64,000 nt of DNA from Chrysomallon squamiferum (lineage: Eukaryota > Animalia > Mollusca), in the NCBI GenBank assembly GCA_012295275.1, contig CM022670.1:16678001-16742000 (forward strand). The letters are read 5' to 3'. Below, one piece after another: positions 27,857 to 42,047 of the stretch. Numbering within the stretch: the first letter of the stretch is position 1; every line of letters starts with the position of its first letter. Below the pieces are notes generated by a model, which saw only the letters and a program-made list of their open reading frames with translations, was not told the origin of the DNA and ran no database searches. A program made the translations under genes and the position numbers.

Positions 27857-29433
27857 TAAAGTTTTCTTGTTAGACACATTTCTACACACACAGATCTTTT
27901 TCTCCATCAGACCAGATTCCTTTAACATGCTGGAGTTAAAATCTACTTACTGTCACATAGCACAATTTTATATATATGTATATATATCACCAAATAGTTT
28001 TCAGGTAGTATTTGTATGCAATTATATTTGAAATGAATACTGTATGAGCTTCCATTCAAATGTTAAAAAAAAAAAAAAAAACAACAACAACAAAAAAACT
28101 ATACACATTTATCAAAATGGTTGTCTTTATTTTTTTATTTTTTTTTTTTTTTTGGTCTCAAATTTCACTAAAATATGGGAGAAGTTTTATCACAACAAGA
28201 TTTGTTGGTTTAAGGGGCTGACTCTATTAACTTATTTAATTTTTTTGTATCTCCAATTGTATCAGTCTAACTTAAAGATGTTGTTTTCTTTCCCTTGAAT
28301 TTAAAAATACATTATACTACATAATTTTATTTTATATACAAGCCATATTAAAATCAGTCTTGTAAATTTTTGTTAAGTTATAAATTACAGAAGAAAAAAA
28401 AAAAAAGAAGAAGTAGAAAAAAAAAATACAAGAAAATTAACTGTGGTTATTATTAAAATAATTATTTATTTATTCTTCCAGATGAATTTTTGTGCTTGCT
28501 TGTTTGGTTGTTTGCTCATAAGTTGAATTACTGAATGGGCTTTCACTTTGTAAAATTTTAATAAAATTTGATACTTGCAAAGTAAAGTAAATCCATTATA
28601 ATAATTTATTATAATTATAATTATAATTATTATTATTTATTTGTTTATTTATTTATTTATTTTTTTTTTTTTATTTTTTTTTTTTTTTTTTTTCAATATA
28701 GTCTTCCTTTATTATATGTAACAGAAGTTAGTGCTTTCAGATTTGATGGACAAACATTTACTTGATTTTCTATTTATTATATTCCAGTGTAGGAAATGTG
28801 AAAAATACTGAAGTTGCTTATGATAAAATTTCATATTTATACATAAACACCTTATTTTTATTTTTATTTTTTTTAAACACTGATACCTGGTATCAGGGTG
28901 AAATGTACATAACTGATATGTAAATTTGTTTGTTTATTTTGAAATGTATATAACTGTACAATAATGTAGATGTATGTTTCTAAAAGACAAATATTACACT
29001 GATGACTAATATCATTATAATATTTGTTTTACCTTAGTACAAATGTTATGGTGATATTAATTATCCCAAAGTTATTTTGAACTCTATATATTAGTACTGT
29101 CATGGTATTTGTAATATTTTAGAAATATTAACTATATTTTTAGAAAAAAGAAAAATTATTGATTTGATTTTATTCTCGATACCCTGTGTTTTCAGTTTGT
29201 GATAGATTTTTAAGGACATAATTTTACTTGAAATTTTTATGTTCTTGTTAGTATTTCAAAACTCTTTTTAATTAAACAAACATTTGTTTTTTTTTATATC
29301 AACACAACAAAACAAGGACTGTATGTGTTGGTTATTCATACACACAGATACTGCATGACTGCTGTTGGTTAAAAGGACCAGTTTATAAACAGCAACAAAT
29401 AAATGGATAAATAAATAAACACTGGACACGTAT

Positions 29434-29467
<34 letters not shown>

Positions 29468-30511
29468 TGGTCTTCTGGTCAGGGAGTATGTTACAAGATG
29501 AAATAATTAAACTGAAGCCTAAACAAGGAAGCTCAGTGCTACGTTCCTTCACATCTCTAACCAAGCTACAGACCCAGTGTGACACAATATTGATTTAAAA
29601 CGCAGTAGATGATACTTGTAAAATACAATATTTACTTCCATTCCATACTCCTTGGTTCGAACACTTGTTGTGACCCAAAATGGGGTAATTTTTCAGAAAT
29701 AATAAATTATATAACTGAACGACAGGAATCGATAATTGAAAGCTATTTTGAATATCAAACTAACCATCGTGAATGAGTTAATTAAATATTGTCTCCAGTG
29801 GCAGCACACAATCTGCTTTAAAATCGGTTAATTATTTTCAGAGATGTACTGTTAATTTTTTACTTATCTTTTTGGCTGTCTGCTTATATTTATGTATAGC
29901 ACCATCTAAAAATCTTTTTCACTGAAAATGATTTTATTGATGTCTACATTTTATTTTTACTGGATACATTTATCTCTGTTGAAATGAATTAGAACTAATT
30001 TTGTTTATGGATTTCTAATTTAATAAAAATAAACTTAACTTCACAAACAATCTATTGCATCAGTAAATTATAATGAAAATATATATTGTATTTGTTTCAT
30101 CAAAAACTGGAGAGATGATAGCAGAAATCAAAATGAATTTTTTAAATAATATAACAGAATTAAATATAAAAGTTAAATATTTCATAACAAGCCACTCATT
30201 TATTCATTTCAAGGCTATGATGATGTTTTGATTTTGTCATTCTTATCATTAATTTCATCAAAATAACATGCAGAATCAAATACTTAATTACCTCCTTAAC
30301 CTCTTGAGTGCATATTTGCGTTAATATGTATAGAGATGTTTGTGTAAAGTATCTGGTCTATTTGTATATATTATGATGTTTTTAAATTTTTGTTGACCAA
30401 ACCTGCTAGTGACCAAAGCCATGTCACAATCAAACTTCTTTAGGACATTCCTTGCCATATTTATAGATGAATATTTTATTAGTTTGAATTTTAATTATTA
30501 TTATAGCTACA

Positions 30512-30549
<38 letters not shown>

Positions 30550-30971
30550 GATTATTATTATTATTTCTATGTATATATACATTTTACATCCATTTTACTT
30601 ACTAGTATTCCCATTATTTCAGATATATTGATTCTAATACACTGCATGAACTAATACAATTTGCTTAATAATCTAATCTGCAAATAACCAATCCAGAATT
30701 CAATTTCTGTTGACAGCAGTTCGTGAAAGCTGCTCCCTCGATACTTTGCAGATTTCACTGCATATGGATTGCAACAGGCATAAAATCCTTCTGCATTAAA
30801 AAACCCAACACAAACTAATGAAATATAAACTATATATGTATATCTGATGATATTAGAACAGAAAATAAATACAGTAAACTCTGGAGAATGATTTTCAATC
30901 TCATTGCAAACACATGCAATATCCATGAACACAGATAAAATAACAGAGAATGACTGTAACAATAAACATTG

Positions 30972-31030
<59 letters not shown>

Positions 31031-32430
31031 GTCCATAGCTATCTTCATGGTCTTTTATTTTTAAGTTATTTCCAATATTATAAAAAAAAAAAATTAAAAC
31101 AATTATAATAATAATCATAAAATAATGCTTTTTTTTTTCTTTTTTTTTTAAGTCATAAAGAATTAAGTCTATTTAGCTCTCTGTCACGGTTTTTAGGTGA
31201 AGGAGTTGAATATTTTATAAAATACATCAGATATAAAATTGTTGTATTGATTTGCATCCAATTTTTTAACAAAACATTTTCTTAATCTGGTTTCATTTAA
31301 ACAGTATTTTACAGCAGTAATATTTTAATTTACAGAAATAAATCTGTATTTGCCTTTCCATTTTCTTTTTAAAATGAATTTTGTATATTTTACAATGTAT
31401 TATTTATAATATTTTGATGAATACCCAGGATAAAAATATATATTTGGCTATTTTTAAATATTAAACGTCTATTTTATACTAATGGCGCAGAATCTTTGGC
31501 ACTTTATGTACGTATTTATTTACGCTGTCTCAATATTTACATGAAATTACGTATTAAAGTTTTGTTTATCTTATTCCCATCATTCCATTGCATTTCACCC
31601 AATTCTGAGAGCATTGAGCCGGGCGCAGATCAGTCAGAAAATCAACCATGCTCTTGGGACAGCGTGGTATTGATCAGTGAATGTGTAGTTTGTTCACTAC
31701 TGCAGTACAATCACGCAGGGTGTTTATTCCACTGAGTTTCTGACCTGGTCTGTCCACAGCTGACCAGTAGTCTGGTCATTTCAATTTACCACCACTCATT
31801 TATACAGACTAGTTTTTATGAGATTTATAGGTTGTTGTTTTTTTTTTTTTTTTTAAATAATTATTGTTGTTCTATTTATTGTTTTTACTATTATTATTAT
31901 TATTACTATTATTGCTGCTATTATTATTATTATTATTATTATTATTGTTATTGGTACTTATGTTGTTAATTATTGATGAAATTATTAATTATTATTATTA
32001 TTATTATTTTTTTTTTTATAAATATTAATTAATTAAATCTATCCACTATATTACATCTTTTAAGTTGAGTTCAGTTATAGTGAAAAATAAGTGACTATAA
32101 TAGATTTATTTATTTAATTTAACATTTAAAACCCAAAATATTTAGTTTTTGAAAGGTAACATTTCCTTTACCATATTTACAGGCTACTTAAGATAATAAA
32201 TTTCAGGTTCATTTTTCTTGTCTTTCTCTATAATAATTTTATTTTCAGTTACCATAATTTGTATAAAGAACAATGGCGTATACTTCTTTTCTTCATTTCA
32301 AAGACTTTGTTTAAATTACATACTTAATGGATAGCATGTGTGTCAAATTAATCTGTCAAGTAATGCACTGGGTGTATTTATTTGATATTTTACATATCAT
32401 ACTTTCAATACTGTCTCAGTCAAATTGTCT

Positions 32431-32461
<31 letters not shown>

Positions 32462-33370
32462 TTAATGAATTACATAGTTAAACATAAATAAATAAATAAA
32501 TAAAATAAAAATGGATGGATTGAATATCAGTTTTCATTGAGCTTTAACTATTAAAATATTTGTATAACTCGTCAGTTTTGATTTTATATTTTGTGTATGT
32601 TTATAAACAGTTTTGTGAAATAACCAGACATTTTAATTTCAGATTTGACCTTGAGAAAAATTATATTTTTAGTGTTTTACTTTTTTAATGTCTTTTATTA
32701 AGACACATTTTTAAAGATTAAACATATTTCTCTGCTTTTAAAGCAACAGATTATGACTTGCCACATTTTATAGAAAAAAAAGGAAAAAAATTTAAAATAG
32801 TGGCTTTTTTCATTCTTAATTTTGGAGTCTTATTTTGTGTTTTAATAAAAAGTGAAATATTTTCATTTTTACATTTTAAGTATTTTACGGTTCATAGCTG
32901 CTTTGCTTTAAACTGTTTTTTAATTTTTTCCATGAAGAAAGGATAAGCCAAAATGAAAGGGGAAATATAATTTGTAAATATATATTCATAATGATAAATA
33001 CAAATCTTTTAAAACAAATTCACTAAATTAACGAATATTAAAATTAATGTGTGTGTGCGTATTATGAATTGAAATGATAAATCACATTAGGTGATGGAAT
33101 TGTTGGTATATTTTTTAAATATTACCTTTTTTAAATCATGTTCATTAATAGTTATGTATCTTATGCTCATACAAAATTTCACTGGTTTTAAGCAAATGTC
33201 CAATGGCATCAACTTTACAATGTATCTACTAATGCAGTCATAATTTAGATTTTTAATTTCAGACAATTTATGTTAATGAATTCTGGAAGAAAAAACAAGT
33301 TTTCATAGATAAGCAGGTTGTTTTTGTGATTTCTACATTGTGTTAATAAAAACAAATTGCATTTCAATTT
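27857..33370 (+). other. Putative long 3' UTR of the Nudix gene, with a candidate distal poly(A) signal AATAAA at 33345-33350
   Basis: Exon-free, T-biased + strand after the stop codon. The AATAAA is followed by a U-rich tract, and strand bias flips around 33.4-33.8 kb. Several more proximal AATAAA hexamers also exist. Confidence 0.4.
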
Positions 33371-33739
33371 TTTGATTATTTTGATTTTTCATGTACACAA
33401 GAGTGCATGTGCGTAAAGATATCAGCTTTATACTGTGAAGGTTTGAATGGCAGATACAGCGAGTCTTTGCCAAGCTACTTTTTCTGTATAACCATTAAGA
33501 GTATAAAGTGAAAATCTTAAGACAGTAACACATGCAGGTAGGTGATGTAATAAAATAGTAATCAGGCTCTATTTATCTTTACTGAACACACCTGCTGGAG
33601 AAACAGAAATATAAAAGTTTCTATAATATTGGTTAATCTGCTAAAAACAGCTGAAAACCTAATGTTTGAACGACCACATACTTGCACAATACAAACAAGT
33701 TGTGTATTCAAATGAATGCAGCAAAACGGTAATCAAGCA

Positions 33740-35273
33740 GGCCAAGGAATTGGTTTTATTATTACATAAAAAGAGAGATAATTTTCTGTATATTGCTTGT
33801 CTTTTAAGAGTTTAATAATTCATCCATCAGTGTATCATTAATGAAAAAAACAAAAATTTTCAATTCACCATATTTATTTGAAATATTTTAATCAATTCAG
33901 ACATATACATAAACAGTTAACATTTGCTAATTCTAGGTGTTTACATTTATGATGGAAAAAAACAAAAAGAAAGAAAGAAAGAAAGAAAAAACCTTTAGTT
34001 GAACTGCATTTTTATTCTCTATTGAGAAAGAAACAGAAATATATAAATACAGCATCCATTTGTCAAATAATTTTTTTTTTTTTTTTTAAATGAATATTTC
34101 CATGGTGGATGCCTTTAAAATCAATAACATTACTAAAAAAACGAAGAAAAACAAAAGGTAACTCCAAGCAGAGATGTAAAATGATAAATAAAACAAACAC
34201 TACAAAACGAAAGCACAATAACCATTCACCATCATATATTACCACAAATGCTACCCAAGTTGGATTAAAATGGTTATTTAACATTTATCATAAATGTAAA
34301 TGGAAGCCTCATTATCAAAATTTAAACCAAAAATGATACTTTTTTTTTGATCCCACGGGCAAATGAAGATGACCTGAAATCAACATTCTTATTTTCCAGA
34401 GTAGTAGTGTGTTTTTTTTCTTTATTAATTGTTATGAAATGGTGTTTATTTTGGTTTTAAACCTTGGGTATGATGTTATTATTACACTAAATAACATTTG
34501 TTATCAAATGCAAATAGTAAGCATGACCACATCATAATTATACAATGTTTAAAATTGGTGATATTTGAGCTATTGCAATATTTACAGCATGACAATAATC
34601 AAATGCTCTAATTTCTTTTCAGTGAAATAATGTCATAATTGAATTAATTTTTTTTAAACCGTATTTTCCTTTATTTAATGTCCCAATATGAAACAATTTT
34701 AAAATAAAAATTTGCCCTACTTCTAAAATTTTAACCTTTTATGAATACCAAAAAAAAAAAAAACCCTCAAAATACCATGATCTACAAAAAGATGTATTTG
34801 AGATCATTTTTAAAAATGATTATTTGATGAATGAATTTTCTCCTCAATAAATAAAATATATATTTACAATTCAATGCCATTTGTAATTAAAAATAAATAA
34901 TGTAAAACATCATTCTGATAATCCTGGCACCCATAAAAATTAGTTTTCTTAGATTTCTAATAAAATGTTCACCATTTCAACAAGCTGAATATAAAAAATG
35001 AAGTTTTAACGACATTTGTAACACCAAATCTAAACCATAGCACATTTACAAAAACAAATATTACAGACATACAACAGTTACTTTAATTGCATTACTGTTA
35101 TTTGCCCAGCCATATACAAAAGTGATTTCATTTCTAACACTCTGCACATCTAAACATATGATCTGTTCAAGTTTACATAAATACTATCTGACAGATAAAT
35201 TGATTCATTTAGTACAGAGGGATTCACTGATAAAAAAATAAACATTCATACAGATTTATAAATATCAGTGAAC

Positions 35274-35336
<63 letters not shown>

Positions 35337-36991
35337 CTTTGTGATTAACAGCCAAATATCAAATTCTGCTTACCTGTTCTTTTCTGTTCAAGATAAACAA
35401 TAATATTTTTGTAACAGTGTTTGGCAGATAACAGGAATTGAGAACATCACTAGTCAGATGTGTGTAGAGCATTATGAAAGTTCACTACATTCAGTGTTGT
35501 TGCTACTTTCTAAAGATCAATCTAAAAATTAACCCTGGGGAAATAAACCTATAACATAATAAAACAAATGTGTGTGTGTGTGTGTGTGTGTGTTCATTAT
35601 TAAAAAATATATATATATAAAGTTTTCATTTTATTTCTTGTTAAATTTACGAGAAGAGATGATACCCCCAAAAAACCCAGCAATTCCAAACCTGTGATAT
35701 TACAGACAAATAAGTTCAAAAATATACCATTGTTATGTGAAGATACAGGGACAACACCATAACTGTAACAATGGAATACCTTGAAAAATAAATTGAAAAT
35801 GATGGGGCTCTTCTGGATATCTACTTATGAAAAACAATTTATATTTACTTAATTTACTTTGTTACAGACAGAAAATGTTAACTGTAATCGACATCCTGAT
35901 GTGAAAAAAATACCATTCATTGTAATATAATAAACAACACTGGCCGAGTAAGCATTTAGATCTAGAAAGCATTAATTTCTGAAAAGAACTAATAATGAAA
36001 TACTTGAAAAAGATACGTTTGAGAGTTCTATTTTAAAACAGTAATTTCATCTATAAAATACATCACAATCAAGGCAGCTGCAAACAGAATAAAAAGCAAA
36101 CTGTTGGAAGCTTAATGTTATTTATTATGTGTATTTGGAAAACAAATGCAATCATAGTCTATCCCAGTGAGTATGCAGTGAGACTGTGTGTAGGAAGATT
36201 CAATAATTACATTTCAGTATTTATAACATTTCCATTTTCCACTGATAATCCACAGAAAGCAAATGTTTTTATTTAGTGAAAACAGCTCTGTTACAAAATA
36301 TTCTGTGACAGATGTAAAAAAAAACCCTCCAAACCCCCCTCAAAAAAAAAAAACATTCACACACACATACACACACGCAAAAATCTCTGGAACAAAAAAC
36401 ATCTTGAACGACACAGAAAAAAATCACTGTGACTAGAATTCTGTTGAGTGGAACTAGTGACAATATCAGTTGTTATAGATTTCAATCTACAAAAATATCA
36501 TCAGATCAGATGTATTTAAATTCCTAAATTCTAAAATAGGAAGAACTGTTTTGACAAATCTGAATGAGAAGAAACATAATGCTACTATGGGATTTAACAT
36601 CTACAGTTAAACATCTAGAAGTAAAGTAACAGAAAAAAAAGAGGAAAAAAATTCTACACGATTACTTTTTTTTGGCTTCTGCAGACACTTTTATATTGAT
36701 CCATCTAAAGTAATTTACAAAAAACAGAATATATCAAAAAAATAAAAAATAAAAAATAAAATTAAATAAAATTAAATTAAATAAAATTAAATAAAATAAA
36801 TAACAAAATATTAATAATAAGTAAATAAAAATTTATAAAAAAATAAAAAAAATCTATCCAAGTTATAAATCTATTTCTCTAAATGTCATGTATGGTAAAT
36901 TATAATAATTCTGAGATTAAAAAACAACATATTAATAAAAAAAAAAAAAAAATTTGGTCCTGCATCCAGTAATAAATTAGAGAATATTACA
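33740..36991 (-). other. Putative 3' UTR of ARFRP1, with a candidate poly(A) signal at 33760-33755
   Basis: A-biased + strand (T-rich on -) downstream of the ARFRP1 stop; TTTATT at 33755-33760. Confidence 0.35.
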
Positions 36992-37982
36992 TCAAGTGAT
37001 TTCTTTCTGTGTTGGTGGCCTTTCTATGCTGTTCCTTTTAATACAGTCCACCAACCAGCGAATTCCTTCATCTACACCATCACTGAAAAACAGCAAAATA
37101 TACAGCCATTACTGACAGCAAAATTACTAACAATAATAATAAAAAAAATTAAAATCTAATAAATTCATAAGATTAAGATTTAATAACAGAGTTCACTGAA
37201 CAAAAAAACAATTAATAACAACAACCAAGAATTCTCTTTCACCACTCCTTTCCCTCCTACTTAAAAAAAACCTTATAAAAATACAGTATTTATATCATTT
37301 GTTAATTATTAGTAAAATCTTTCTACATGGATAGTTTAAAACATTCATCCAAAAAAAAATATATATATTTATCCATAAATGCTTATCAGAGGAAAACTGT
37401 TTATATGCAATAAATGTGTAACTAAGGTGAATGAAAACCAATCCAGTTTTTCTGAAAGGGCAGTGTAAACAAACCTAATTTCATCATACATATTGACCTT
37501 CTTGTCAAAGGTTATTTACGAGTATAGTTTGTTAACACACTCATTTCATGCCACATTGGTTCATCTGAAACCTCAGAGTTACCTTTACCATTATATTTCT
37601 TATAGCAAGACTACAAGAGCTGATTTGGCTATGATACGAGTAATCTGTGTGAATGCAATTTACTTTCCCAGACTAAAGCACAGCCTGAATGAGACATTTT
37701 ATTGATGTACGTTAGGGAAAAGTGGAATATATGCATCAGTTTTTGTATATGCTGCCTTTTCTCTGTGATTAATAGATAAATTTAATCAAATCCTGAACAT
37801 AGTAATTTACAGCCTGTCATATGAGGATTTGGAGAAAAAACCACAAAAGAATTCACAAGTGTTATATCAAATTCACTTTGTTTCATACAGTTCTAATATA
37901 TTTAATACTGCTGGATAAAATAATAATAATAATAATAATAACAAAGGACAATGACAATAATAATAATAACACTAATAATAAT

Positions 37983-38013
<31 letters not shown>

Positions 38014-38032
38014 ACAATAATAATAATAACAC

Positions 38033-38093
<61 letters not shown>

Positions 38094-39218
38094 GTAAATG
38101 AATAAATAAAAAACTAAAATAATAAATAAACCTATAAAAATGTAATAACCATTATCTTCAGTGGATTATTAAAATTAAAATAAAACAGACCATTGAGCTA
38201 CATAATGTAGCAATGCTAAATTGCAGCTGACACCAAAATCTATACTTATAACCTGATTAAGTTAATTCAGTCAGCAGAAATACATATCAAATTAAAAAGG
38301 CTTGGAAAACAAACATTTACAAATGACATTCTTTGTATCTGTTGTGTGGCGCATACAGACAACTTTCTAAATCTCAAAGCTGCTGAGACTTGGAATCAAG
38401 TTTGATATTTCATCATTACATTCATGATAATTAAACACATCTAAGGGGAGAAGTGTAATATTCCATTTGAGACAACATTTAACATTATTTTAATAGCATT
38501 CATACATTTATGCCAAATTTTATAATCTGCAAAGGATAGTCTACAGAGAAATGAATTGAATTTATTGCTAAAAGACAATTCAACATATAATGAGTAACAA
38601 GTTAAATATTTTTATTTAACTAATATTTAATGTTTAAAATGATGAGGTGTTTAGATATATGGAATATCTGGCTAATCACATAACCTTCAATTATTCTACT
38701 GTTCTTTGTAAAAATAAATAAAATAAAAAAATTTTTTTTAAAAAAAAACAAAAAACTTTCATCTTATTAATAATACAATTTACTACTACTGTCAGTTTGA
38801 CAGTCAACTTTTAGTTACTGTAATGAATAAAGTAAAATAAAACTTGGAATATTTCAAGATGATACCAGTTTATTTTATTCCATGTCACACTGGCCAGTCC
38901 TAGCCAATCAATAACACCACAGTTCTAAACACATTTTCCTGTGTCATAATTCACCAACAGTTAGCAAAATAGCATTAGAAGGTTTTGAAATATTCAATAA
39001 CCTTATTGCGCACTAGTTGTTTCAATGGAACTTTTCCAAACCTAAGGCTTGGATGGGCAAACACCTTTACCAAACATTACCCTTCTTGACTTTTGTTTAT
39101 GAAAGTATACTAAGGACAAAATGTTGATATCACTGAATGATCATGAATAAAATAAAATAATAAAACAAAAAAAAATTAAAAATTAAAAAATAAAATAAAA
39201 TGATTTGATTGTTCATGT

Positions 39219-39302
<84 letters not shown>

Positions 39303-39514
39303 TCTCCCATGAGAGGTCATATGAGTTGTAATGTTATGTACATGTGAGAGAATTGAGCACTTTTGGACACATTATATATTTCAAGAAAAACGTTTTATAA
39401 AATTCTGTATGCCAAAATTCCTGATTTTGCTTACTGCTTTTTTAATTACAACATTGTAAAATGCAACTGAGTTAATGAAAATTATGAATATACATCATAT
39501 ATATATAAATATAA

Positions 39515-39545
<31 letters not shown>

Positions 39546-39838
39546 TGGAGGCATCATAAAATATTTGAAACCTATAAGAATATATATATGTAAATAGAAA
39601 GACTGCTGCTCTTTACACAGCACACAGAATGGTTAGTTACAGAATAATTACAGCCCCAGTCAGAACTGTCACTAGCTATACCTGGCAACAAAACAAATCA
39701 CTAGATCTAATTTAGATGTCTGGACAGCACTGGAAAGTCTAAATACATTTTCAACACAACACCTATGTTCTTTGTAAGCTCTAACAAGTGGTCAACCTAA
39801 AAGCATATAATTCAAATATACAAAAAAAACATACTAAA

Positions 39839-39877
<39 letters not shown>

Positions 39878-42013
39878 TTATTGCCAGTGTGAAATTATGA
39901 TGCACTGTTGTATTTAAACACAAACAGTTAATACATAATTCAGTAAAAACAAGAACTGTAAATAAATTATTTCACAAAGTAAATTAAAATAAAGTACAAT
40001 GACATAAAATAAAATTAAAAAAAATTAAAAGTAAAGTAAAATAAAATAAAATAATATAAAATAATATTTATATGCCAATTATGAAATAAAATAAGATAAA
40101 ATGTTATACAAAAAATAATATAGTGAATCAAACTGTAATTTTAAAAAATAAAAGTAAAATAAAAGTGAAATAAAATAAAAAATAAAGTAAAAATAAAAGA
40201 CATTAAAATAAAAAGTAGAATAAAATAATGTAAAACAAAATTATATAAATAATAAATAAATTAAAGCAAAATGAAACAACAAAATAAAAAAGGAATGAAA
40301 AAATAATAAAATGAAACAAAATTAAATAAAATAAAAACAGTTATGAGAAAGGAAATTTAAAATATAAAATAAAATAAATAGTAAAATGTAATAATATGAA
40401 ATAAAAAATAGAATTACATTAAAATACAATAAAATACAATAAAATGTAATGAAAAAATAAATTAAAATAAAACAAAATGAATGAAAACAAAAATGAAATA
40501 AAAAATAAATAAAATAAAATATAATAAAGTAAAATACCAAAAGAAAAAACAATACAATTTAAAAAACAATGTAATGAAAAAATAAAATAAGAAGAAATGA
40601 AAAGAGAGGAAGAAATAAGATAAAAATAAAACAAAATAAAATAAAAAGTTAAGAAACATAAAGTAAAATAAAGTAAAATAAGTAAAGTAAAATGGAATGA
40701 AATAAAATAAAACAAAACAAAACTAGAAAGCAAACCAACAAAATTTATAAAATAAAAGTAAAATAACAAAATACATTAAATAAAATAAAATGTAATGAAA
40801 AGAAATAAAATAAAAAATCAATGGAAAGAAAAAAATAAGAAAAAATAAAATAAAATCCAAAGTAATATTATAAAGTAAAACAAAATAAAATAAAACAAAA
40901 CAATCAATCAAACAAAGAAAAAATAAATATAAAAATAAAAAGTAACAAAAAAATAAAAAAAATAAAATTACTGACCCTTTCAAAGCAGAAACTCCTGCAA
41001 GCTGAATGTCTCGGTGTCCTACGAGGTCAATGTTTGGGTCAAAAACTGTTTTCACATCAGAAACTTTCATACAACCCTGCCAATGTTATAAAATAAGAAC
41101 ATTTTTAAAAATATGTTATTGCTTATTGATTAAAGCTCAGCAACAGTATTATTAAATATTCTGTCAGAAAAAAAAAATGTTATTTAAGTTATTTTGCTCC
41201 AAGAATATAATAAATAATTTAAAATATCTAAGAAATACAGTATAAAACTTAATTTATAACAATTATAAAGTATTGTTAACTTTTTAAATAAATTACGTAA
41301 GTATAAATTTACCTCTAAATCTTGTTTGTTGGCCAGCAACATAACTGGTACTCCTGACAAATACTGATTTTTTATCATCTCATCTGAAAGTATATAGACT
41401 GTTGAATTTGAACAAACAGCAACAGAACTGACAAACATACAAAATGCATAGACATTAAAAAGTGAAAAACCCTATTCATCTTTCCTTATAGTAAACACAC
41501 TCGCACAAACACACACAGTATATTTTATGAAAACTCTTCTATTATTTTGCTTTAGACTGCACTGGAAGTTTGATATGTCATTACAATTAATTCAGTAAGA
41601 CAATGCAAAATGTGTGCCATACATATTTATGCAGACGTCTGCTCCTGTCACTAAATCGAAGTGAGGGAATTCAAAATATACTAACCATAATCTTGTTCAC
41701 CTAGCTGCATAACAGTAATTACAAGAAGTATAGTGCCATTTTTTTTTATTAAGCCTTCAAAGAAGTGTAATTATTTCATCATTACATGCAAATTGCCATC
41801 ATTGTTTAAGAAGTGACTGTACTTGAAAAATTGTGTGCTGGTGTTGACAAAGCTAATTACAACATAAACTGATCTTATGTCCTGGAAACTGAAGTAGACA
41901 GTATCCATATTAGGTTTTGTTCATAACAGATTAATAATTGTTGGACAGGACTTTGAAATGGTGCCAGTCTATACAGAAATCCAGATTGTTCAAAGGCCAG
42001 TTTTCACAGTCCA

Positions 42014-42047
<34 letters not shown>

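Noticed and set aside
27854-27859. TGA-TAA at the Nudix C-terminus as possible selenocysteine or readthrough
   Set aside because: The tail is not conserved, DIPPs are not known selenoproteins, and I saw no SECIS-like AUGA/AA/GA structure. Tandem stops are common in AT-rich DNA.
31600-31720. H/ACA snoRNA, IRE or SECIS identity for the UTR hairpins
   Set aside because: The hinge is ACAGCG rather than ANANNA and there is no ACA tail. CAGUGA lacks the IRE upper stem, and there is no tandem G-A quartet geometry.
40322-40970. F/Y/L/I-rich membrane-protein-like ORFs
   Set aside because: Artefacts of the A-rich low-complexity tract in ARFRP1 intron 6.
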